The notes under the pieces are model-generated. The model did no database searches, was not told the origin of the DNA, and saw only the letters and a list, made by a program, of their open reading frames with translations. Shown here piece after piece: positions 1-5,944 of a DNA stretch of 10,519 bases. Numbering within the stretch: position 1 is the first letter of the stretch; every line of letters starts with the position of its first letter. Position numbers and translations under genes: made by a program. Source of the DNA: Candidatus Heimdallarchaeota archaeon (lineage in GTDB: Archaea > Asgardarchaeota > Heimdallarchaeia > Heimdallarchaeales > Heimdallarchaeaceae); the NCBI GenBank assembly GCA_030668825.1, contig DAOVET010000090.1, positions 1 through 10,519 of the forward strand, written 5' to 3'.

Positions 1-797
1 TGGTTGTAACTTATGTTATTAAAAGAAATGGTGCTTAAATGAAGGTTGGTTGCATCTATACCCATTCTATTGTTTTCTGAAATAGTATTATTTAGTATTT
101 CCAAATGATAACCATCGTGAATTTCTATTCCAATACCGTTATTGAGAGGGTCTACTTCCCACCATTTCGAACTCTTAAAGAAATGATTCTCTACTATATT
201 TGAATGATTAGATTCTCTAAGAACAAGTCCCCATAGATTTTCACTACAATTATTTTTGCTAACATCTACAAAATGTGAATTAATTAAATCAACACCCACA
301 TAGTTACGATAAATTGTGTTATTCCAGATAGTTGAATTATCGCTTCTGCTTAACGATATTGCAAATTCAGATTGTATTATTGTGTTATTAGCAATAGTGA
401 CTTGATTCGAATTATCAACACTTAATCCCTCAAAGCTATCACATTTGTAAATATAATTGTTAATTATTTTCGCTGTTCCATTTGCATTCTGCGATAAGGA
501 TATTCCTCCATGGTACTCTTCTATTCTACAATTCTGAATCACAAAGTGCTTAGCTGTGTTGAAAATCTTAATTGCATACATATACTCACCTTTGGGTTCT
601 TTAGTGATTTTTAGATCTTCAATTAAAAAAGGGTCTTCAGCTGTTCCAGATCCAGCAAAATCGTAATTGTCAAAATCATAATCAGAAAGGATCAAAATTG
701 CTTTATCTGGATAATCAATTGTAAGAATAATAGGAACAATAGCTGCTAGCATTAAAAGTAGTATCAATGAAGTAAAATTGATATTGGATTGTTTCAT
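1..797 (-). CDS. Right-handed parallel beta-helix (NosD/PbH1-like) membrane-anchored or secreted protein, paralog of 929..2092; 3' end runs off the window
   Basis: Not in the ORF track. Manual translation from ATG at 797 is open to position 1 (265 full codons): MKQSNINFTSLILLLMLAAIVPIILTIDYPDKAILILSDYDFDNYDFAGSGTAEDPFLIEDLKI...IFNTAKHFVIQNCRI...FFKSSKWWEVDPLNNGIGIEIHDG...ISFNNISYN. It has a hydrophobic N-terminal helix and Asn-ladder repeats and is colinear with the 387-aa neighbour. Confidence 0.92.
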   Translation of the reverse strand, partial: MKQSNINFTSLILLLMLAAIVPIILTIDYPDKAILILSDYDFDNYDFAGSGTAEDPFLIEDLKITKEPKGEYMYAIKIFNTAKHFVIQNCRIEEYHGGISLSQNANGTAKIINNYIYKCDSFEGLSVDNSNQVTIANNTIIQSEFAISLSRSDNSTIWNNTIYRNYVGVDLINSHFVDVSKNNCSENLWGLVLRESNHSNIVENHFFKSSKWWEVDPLNNGIGIEIHDGYHLEILNNTISENNRMGIDATNLHLSTISFNNISYN

Positions 798-819
798 CAC
801 AAACAATAAGCTTTGAGTA

Positions 820-827
820 TATTTAAA
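820..827 (-). promoter_or_regulatory. Archaeal-type TATA box (TTTAAATA) for the beta-helix gene starting at 797
   Basis: TATTTAAA on + (TTTAAATA on -) lies 23-30 nt upstream of the ATG. The same sequence and spacing occur in the paralogous promoter. Confidence 0.65.
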
Positions 828-859
828 ATATTGTTAAATTAAACTAATCAACAATATTT
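826..859. repeat. 10-bp perfect inverted repeat AAATATTGTT-N14-AACAATATTT, a possible operator
   Basis: 826-835 is the reverse complement of 850-859 and abuts the TATA box. The TTGT-N16-ACAA core is retained in the paralogous promoter (2126-2149). Confidence 0.5.
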
Positions 860-928
860 AGTCAAATGTAAGTTTTCATTGTGAAGAAATAGAATGACAT
901 CTTTGAAGTGAATCTTAGTTCTTATATT

Positions 929-2092
929 TTATCTCTCTAGTACGATGAAGTAAAGTTCTAATTCAACTGGATTTTCTTCAAGAGGATAAGGATCTACTGT
1001 TGTTTCACCTTGAATTGCAAAAGGAATACTTGTGTTCCATCCTTCCCAATAGTTCCCTTCCATATTCGCTATATCGAACCAGGTGTTGTTTGAATAATAT
1101 GTTGATATTACATTTGCACTGGGCTGCTGACTGTTTTGTATGAAAGCATTATGGTGAATTATGTTATCTATTGATTGATCTATAAATATTCCATATTTTC
1201 TATTTTTTTCAATTAGATTATAGGTAATATTGTTATAATTTGAACCCTCTAGCCTAATTCCATTTCCAAATGTTGTAGATATATGATTGAAGCTTATGTT
1301 ATTAAACGATATAGAACTCAAATAAAGAAAAACCGCATAAATACCAAATCTGTTGTTTTCTGATATAGTGTTGTTACAGATATTCAAGTTAAATCCAAAA
1401 TGAATTTCTATTCCAGTTCCAACATTAGAAGGATCAACTTCCCACCAACGTGAATTCTTAAAGAAATGATTTAGAACAATATTCGTGAAATTAGAATCAG
1501 AAATATAAAACCCCCACTTGTTTTCGCTACAATTATTCTTCATAACATCCACAAAATGAGAGTAATCTATCATGATTCCAATATCGTTTCTGCAAACTAT
1601 ATTATTAGAAATTTCTGAATTATGGCTTTTATATAATGATATACCTACATCAGTGTACATTATTGTATTATTTTCTATTGTAATGTGATTTGAATAATAA
1701 ATATCAATTCCTGAAAACCAATCAAAAGTGTTAGAAATATTGTTGTTAATTATTTTCCCTGTTCCATTTGTTATTTTGTAAAGGAAAATTCCCCCAAGAT
1801 AACCTATGATTCTACAATTCTGAATAACAAAGTGTTTAGAAGTGTTATATATCCTAATACCTATTCCAGAGTCAGGATCGAATTCCTCAGTATTTCGGGT
1901 AATTTGAAGATTTTCAATCAGAAATGGATCAGTAACGGTTCCTGTTCCTGCAAAATTATATCTATCAAAATCCTCATCAGAATAAATAACAATTGGTTTA
2001 TCTGGATGATCTCTTGTTAGAATAACTGGGATAATTACTGATATTGAAATAAGAAGTATCAAATAAATAACGTGGAATTTTGAAATTTTCAT
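929..2092 (-). CDS. Right-handed parallel beta-helix (NosD/PbH1-like) membrane-anchored or secreted protein, 387 aa
   Basis: N-terminal hydrophobic helix, GTGTVTDPFLIE cap motif, many repeats of the type I-x-N-N-x-I-x-x-N-x-x-G-I, and C-terminal IHHNAFIQN...GNYW...DPYPL motifs typical of archaeal NosD-domain surface proteins. Confidence 0.93.
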   Translation of the reverse strand: MKISKFHVIYLILLISISVIIPVILTRDHPDKPIVIYSDEDFDRYNFAGTGTVTDPFLIENLQITRNTEEFDPDSGIGIRIYNTSKHFVIQNCRIIGYLGGIFLYKITNGTGKIINNNISNTFDWFSGIDIYYSNHITIENNTIMYTDVGISLYKSHNSEISNNIVCRNDIGIMIDYSHFVDVMKNNCSENKWGFYISDSNFTNIVLNHFFKNSRWWEVDPSNVGTGIEIHFGFNLNICNNTISENNRFGIYAVFLYLSSISFNNISFNHISTTFGNGIRLEGSNYNNITYNLIEKNRKYGIFIDQSIDNIIHHNAFIQNSQQPSANVISTYYSNNTWFDIANMEGNYWEGWNTSIPFAIQGETTVDPYPLEENPVELELYFIVLER

Positions 2093-2114
2093 CGAAAGTA
2101 CTATCTTCGAGAAT

Positions 2115-2122
2115 TATTTAAA
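2115..2122 (-). promoter_or_regulatory. Archaeal-type TATA box (TTTAAATA) for 929..2092
   Basis: TATTTAAA on + at 2115-2122 lies 23-30 nt upstream of ATG 2092, the same offset as 820-827 relative to ATG 797. Confidence 0.65.
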
Positions 2123-2194
2123 GTATTGTCAAGTTAAACCATCAAACAAGCTTTAGTCAAATAGAAGTATTCAAACTAAGGAAATAAAATGGCA
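2116..2194. repeat. Diverged duplicate of upstream region 821..899 (offset 1295 bp)
   Basis: Ungapped manual alignment of 821-899 with 2116-2194 gives about 60/79 identical bases. The offset equals the distance between the two ATGs (2092-797=1295). Confidence 0.85.
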
Positions 2195-2302
2195 GAATGA
2201 GAAAATGTTTTTTCAGATATCAAAATGGGAAAAAATATTGAATTTTTCTCTTCTACAAAAACTGAGATTCCATATTATACTAAATGATAATATATAAAGT
2301 CC

Positions 2303-2408
2303 ACAAATCCCCCCAAACGTCAGAATTATCGAAAAATTCGGCTTTAAATAGTCAAATAAGTATACTCTTCTTGATGAGATATGAGTACAAAAAAGACAAA
2401 TCCCCCCA
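2303..2408 (+). repeat. 13-bp direct repeat ACAAATCCCCCCA (2303-2315 and 2396-2408)
   Basis: Two exact copies 93 bp apart flank the ATPase promoter and start codon. Confidence 0.7.
2343..2350 (+). promoter_or_regulatory. Archaeal-type TATA box (TTTAAATA) for the MoxR operon
   Basis: Same octamer as the two minus-strand promoters, ending 30 nt before ATG 2381, with a purine-rich GAAAAA stretch shortly upstream. Confidence 0.55.
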
Positions 2409-3367
2409 GAAAAAAATCACCTAAGTCTACTTCTACAACTGGATCATCAAGTTCTAAGAAAACTCCCATTAAAGAGCTATCTGAAGATACATTTTATGAT
2501 AAAATAGATACACTGTTTGTTAAAGATAATACGCCAGATGTAGAACTAGTTAATAAAGGACAATACAAAGATGCATTCGAACTGTTGGAAGATTCAATGG
2601 CATGTCAATTAACGCCAATGTTAGTAGGGCCCCCAGGAACCGGCAAAACATTGTTAGCACGTAGTTTCGCTTCTTCCCAAGAAAGAGATTTTGAGTGGAT
2701 GACAATGGATGAATCCACAAAACCTGCACACTTTATAGGCTCTTTTGACCCCGCTGAAACAATTCGAAGAGGGTTTTCGAAAAAATCATTCATCCCTGGT
2801 GCATTAACTAAGATGATGGTATCAGGTGGACTTTTCTTAGCAAACGAGCTTAATAGAGCTACAGAGTTTGCACAAAACACTTTTCTCGAACCATTAGAAG
2901 AGAGAAGCATTTTACTTCCAAGGTTAGGGAGAATAAAAGCTGACGAGTCATTTTTCTTGATCTGCGCCGCAAACCCCGGAGACATGGCCGGAACCCATAG
3001 AATCTCGGAAGCGCTTAAAGACAGAATCAAGGTTTGGATCAAGCTAGATTATCCATCAAGGTCTGTTGAAATGGAAATCATTCATGCTAATATTCCACAA
3101 AGTAAACTATCTAAAGACTTCCTTAATTTGACACATGAATTGATTGCAGCTACTCGTTCAAGTAGAGAGATTGAGAGGCCTGCTTCTGTCAGATCCGCTA
3201 TAGCCATTGTTAAACTTGCAGGAATGAAGGAGAAGAAAGAAAAATTACTCACTATTAGTGACTTTAAGTCAATTTCAAAGATGGTTTTAGCGGGAGGAAT
3301 CAAGGCTAGACCCGGTTTTGAAGAGGACAAACTGGTCAGTAAGATTGTTGACAATGTGGTGAAGTAA
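2381..3367 (+). CDS. MoxR-family AAA+ ATPase (AAA_5 / CoxD-GvpN-CbbQ-like clade), 328 aa
   Basis: Walker A GPPGTGKT (2627-2650); helix-2-insert region HFIGSFDP...FIPGAL; Walker B-like GGLFLANELNRA; QNTFLEPLEER; sensor I ICAANP; arginine finger SEALKDR; LDYP; lid with sensor-II-like SVRSAIAI. It has a K/S/T-rich low-complexity N-terminal tail. Confidence 0.95.
   Translation: MSTKKTNPPRKKSPKSTSTTGSSSSKKTPIKELSEDTFYDKIDTLFVKDNTPDVELVNKGQYKDAFELLEDSMACQLTPMLVGPPGTGKTLLARSFASSQERDFEWMTMDESTKPAHFIGSFDPAETIRRGFSKKSFIPGALTKMMVSGGLFLANELNRATEFAQNTFLEPLEERSILLPRLGRIKADESFFLICAANPGDMAGTHRISEALKDRIKVWIKLDYPSRSVEMEIIHANIPQSKLSKDFLNLTHELIAATRSSREIERPASVRSAIAIVKLAGMKEKKEKLLTISDFKSISKMVLAGGIKARPGFEEDKLVSKIVDNVVK
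3358..3362 (+). promoter_or_regulatory. Shine-Dalgarno-like GGTGA before TTG 3370
   Basis: GGTGA ends 7 nt before the TTG and lies inside the end of the ATPase gene, supporting the TTG start and translational coupling. Confidence 0.5.
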
Positions 3368-3369
3368 CC

Positions 3370-5943
3370 TTGACAATAAGTCTTGTAGACTTTGGAGCTT
3401 TGTTTGTTGAAGAAGCTAGAAATGCTGTCCATGAAGTACCCGGAATCAAGAGAACAGTTTTTACTAGCAGACAATCACAAGCAATAGTTTCACTAGGAAT
3501 TACTAAATTAATAAGAACCCAAGAAGAACTAGGAGCTGACGATTTAGTTAACCTCTCCGTGATAACGTCTCCACCGGAAGCTCAAAAATACTCTGAAATG
3601 ATTGCTTTGAGAATTCTTTTTGGAGATGTAAGAGACGTTTTAACTCCAACTTTTGATGTTCCAACAGCTGATGGAGCTTACGAAGAAGAACCTGAAATGG
3701 ATCCTCAAATCAAAGCCCAACACTTGCTGTTAAATGAAGTACTGAGCTTTTTGGAACTACAGAAATCTGTCGATTTAAGTAAAGGTCTAGAAGAGCTTCG
3801 CTTTGCTGAATTCGCTGAGGAGGAAATCTATTCCTCTGATCCCAGCAAATACGATAAATTCAACTATGACCAGAAGCTGGACTTAGCCAGGAAAAGAATA
3901 GCTTATAATCAGATTGGTGGTCGATCTGGTATTTTACAAAATCATCAAACTAATTGGGAACAAGTATTTGATTCTGCGAAGAAAAACATTCAGAAATCTG
4001 TTCCCCATATAGATAACTCTGGGATGATTAATTCGGAATTTTTAGATGCTAGCAAAGATGTTAGGAAATTAACCAGAGAACAATCCATACGCAATTTATC
4101 TGAGCTCTTTGAAGGTGTTAAACAACCTGAAACAGAGGATATGAGTCATTATGAAGGAATTATAGATAACATGACACAAAGAGAGATTTTCAATTCACTA
4201 AAAGCAATGAATGAGCTTGAATCCCAACTAAGAAGGATGGGTCTACCTCAAAGTAAGTTCGCTCCATCACTCCAAAAAATCCAAGATTATCTTGGTCAGA
4301 AGTATAGAGATGAAGCCTCAACATTAGATGATATTCTCAACCAACCTAATCTCTTCGATGATCATCTTACACGAGAGAATCTTGAGGAATTCGTGGAAAA
4401 TTCCATGAAATATAGTTCACCGATGGAGTTGTTAGATAAAGCTAAGAAGGTTGATGATCTCTTTGGAACTAATCTTTCAAGTTATGCTTATGATAAATAT
4501 CAAGAAGAGTTTAGAGAATTGGAGATGGAAGATTTCATCGACAATCCTATTTCTTCAGCTGAATGGTTTGATTCTTTTAACCAGAAATTAGACGAATTCA
4601 AAGAGGATGAAACTCTGAATTGGGAAGATCAACATCAAATGGCTCAAGATTTACTTTCTCTAAAAGATCAAATAGGTAACGAGTTTATCTCAAATCAACT
4701 TGATGAGGAGCTTGAGCATTTTGTTGACCGAATGATATCAAGTGCAACCACTCCTGAACAATTGGTAGATTCTGTAGATTTTGCTCGTGATTATGACATC
4801 AAGTTCAACCCTCAGAAAGTGAAAGAGAAAGGTCAAGAAATCGGTATGTCCAATGAAGAAATAGCCAGATTACTAGGTGGAGCTTTTGAATATGTAAAAA
4901 CAATGATTCAAAACAAAGAAGCGACCTTTGAAAAAACTCATGTTATTCTAGATAAAGCACAACTTTCTCAACAACAGATTCAAGAACTAATTGACCTTTC
5001 AATAAATGAACAATCTGAGGGGGCTTTAGGAGCTTTAGCAACCATTGATTTAAAACAAGTAACTGATTCAATTCCTAATACACCAGAAGGACATGAGCTT
5101 CTAGAAAAGGCCTTAGGGGCTGGAGGAGGAGAGAATTTGCTCCATCAGTGGTTCGAACATGCAAATACTTTAGCTCCCTGGTTACGTCAAATTGTTAAGG
5201 ATCATGCTAAGAGAATAATGATTGATCTTGCTAAGAAGAAAGCTGCAAGTTTGATTGGATCAAGTGAGGCTGGTCCTTTACCTGAAGGAAGTACTCGACC
5301 ATATTTTCTTGGAGATGACTTGGATACAATAGATTTGGATGAAACAATCGATAACATTCTAGACCAAGGCAAGAGAATAGAAGATGTAATAATTGATGAC
5401 TTCATTGTTAGAAAAACAATTACTGGAAGACGATGTGTAATTTTTCTTGTAGATATTAGTGGATCAATGAGTGGTCCCCCCTTAGCCAGTGCCTCTATTG
5501 CAACTGCTATGCTTTTGATAACTTTTTCACGAGACGAACTAGGTGTAGCTCTTTTCGAATCTAATACTCATGTCCTATGTGAGATTGATGAAAAAGTAGA
5601 TCTTGATGAAATCGTTGACCAAGTCCTTGATCTGGAAGCACGAGGTGGAACCCAAATGCAATCTGCTCTTGAATGGGCTGAAAAGCAATTTGACCTATCT
5701 AGAAGTGAAGATAAGATGTTCATAATGGTTTCTGATGCTGGTCTTGGTGATTTCAATCGCTGCCAACCTCACTTAGAAAAGATAGCTGATTTAGGAGCAA
5801 CATGTACACTGATTGTTCCTCATACTATGTTTGGCATGGGAAATATTCAAAGTATTCTTAATGCCGCTCAAGCTGAACTTGTAACTGTCAAAGATTGGAA
5901 AGATTTTCCTGAAATAGTGAGTGAGATATTATCGAGGGTGTAA
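3370..5943 (+). CDS. Large acidic vWA (MIDAS) domain protein, CoxE-like MoxR partner, 857 aa
   Basis: C-terminal vWA domain: VIFLVDISGSM (DxSxS at 5452-5466), GGT and FIMVSD, preceded by a CoxE-like IDLDETID motif. Long D/E-rich helical middle region. TTG start lies 2 nt after the ATPase stop. Confidence 0.93.
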   Translation: MTISLVDFGALFVEEARNAVHEVPGIKRTVFTSRQSQAIVSLGITKLIRTQEELGADDLVNLSVITSPPEAQKYSEMIALRILFGDVRDVLTPTFDVPTADGAYEEEPEMDPQIKAQHLLLNEVLSFLELQKSVDLSKGLEELRFAEFAEEEIYSSDPSKYDKFNYDQKLDLARKRIAYNQIGGRSGILQNHQTNWEQVFDSAKKNIQKSVPHIDNSGMINSEFLDASKDVRKLTREQSIRNLSELFEGVKQPETEDMSHYEGIIDNMTQREIFNSLKAMNELESQLRRMGLPQSKFAPSLQKIQDYLGQKYRDEASTLDDILNQPNLFDDHLTRENLEEFVENSMKYSSPMELLDKAKKVDDLFGTNLSSYAYDKYQEEFRELEMEDFIDNPISSAEWFDSFNQKLDEFKEDETLNWEDQHQMAQDLLSLKDQIGNEFISNQLDEELEHFVDRMISSATTPEQLVDSVDFARDYDIKFNPQKVKEKGQEIGMSNEEIARLLGGAFEYVKTMIQNKEATFEKTHVILDKAQLSQQQIQELIDLSINEQSEGALGALATIDLKQVTDSIPNTPEGHELLEKALGAGGGENLLHQWFEHANTLAPWLRQIVKDHAKRIMIDLAKKKAASLIGSSEAGPLPEGSTRPYFLGDDLDTIDLDETIDNILDQGKRIEDVIIDDFIVRKTITGRRCVIFLVDISGSMSGPPLASASIATAMLLITFSRDELGVALFESNTHVLCEIDEKVDLDEIVDQVLDLEARGGTQMQSALEWAEKQFDLSRSEDKMFIMVSDAGLGDFNRCQPHLEKIADLGATCTLIVPHTMFGMGNIQSILNAAQAELVTVKDWKDFPEIVSEILSRV
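5934..5940 (+). promoter_or_regulatory. Shine-Dalgarno-like GAGGGTG before ATG 5945
   Basis: The motif is within the last codons of the vWA gene, 4 nt before the ATG. Confidence 0.45.
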
Positions 5944-5944
5944 A

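Noticed and set aside
1832-2020. 62-aa plus-strand ORF
   Set aside because: Antisense shadow inside the well-supported beta-helix gene, with no recognisable motifs.
1-2092. Assigning the symbol nosD or a nitrous oxide reductase maturation role
   Set aside because: Only the generic beta-helix fold is supported, and no nosZ/F/Y/L genes are in the window.
929-2092. Many N-x-S/T sequons suggesting heavy N-glycosylation
   Set aside because: Asn-ladder repeats generate these motifs intrinsically and many such Asn residues face the helix core, so this is not independent evidence.
2093-2380. Possible ncRNA, CRISPR repeat, IS end or terminator in the divergent intergenic region; second TATA-like TATATAAA at 2291-2298
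   Set aside because: Only short A/T-tract pseudo-palindromes are present, with no stable hairpin, spaced repeat array or transposase. The extra TATA-like motif has no appropriately placed start.
2605-3474. Minus-strand ORFs 2605..3042 and 3082..3474
   Set aside because: Antisense to the ATPase and vWA genes; composition typical of reverse-frame artefacts.
5202-5756. Minus-strand ORFs 5202..5405 and 5568..5756
   Set aside because: Antisense shadows of the conserved vWA region.
2381-5943. Calling the pair coxD/coxE, cbbQ/cbbO, gvpN, ravA/viaA or Mg-chelatase I/D
   Set aside because: No cognate client genes (CODH, Rubisco, gas vesicle, chelatase H/CobN) are nearby, and the vWA protein lacks a full AAA module. 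The subfamily cannot be fixed without a phylogeny.
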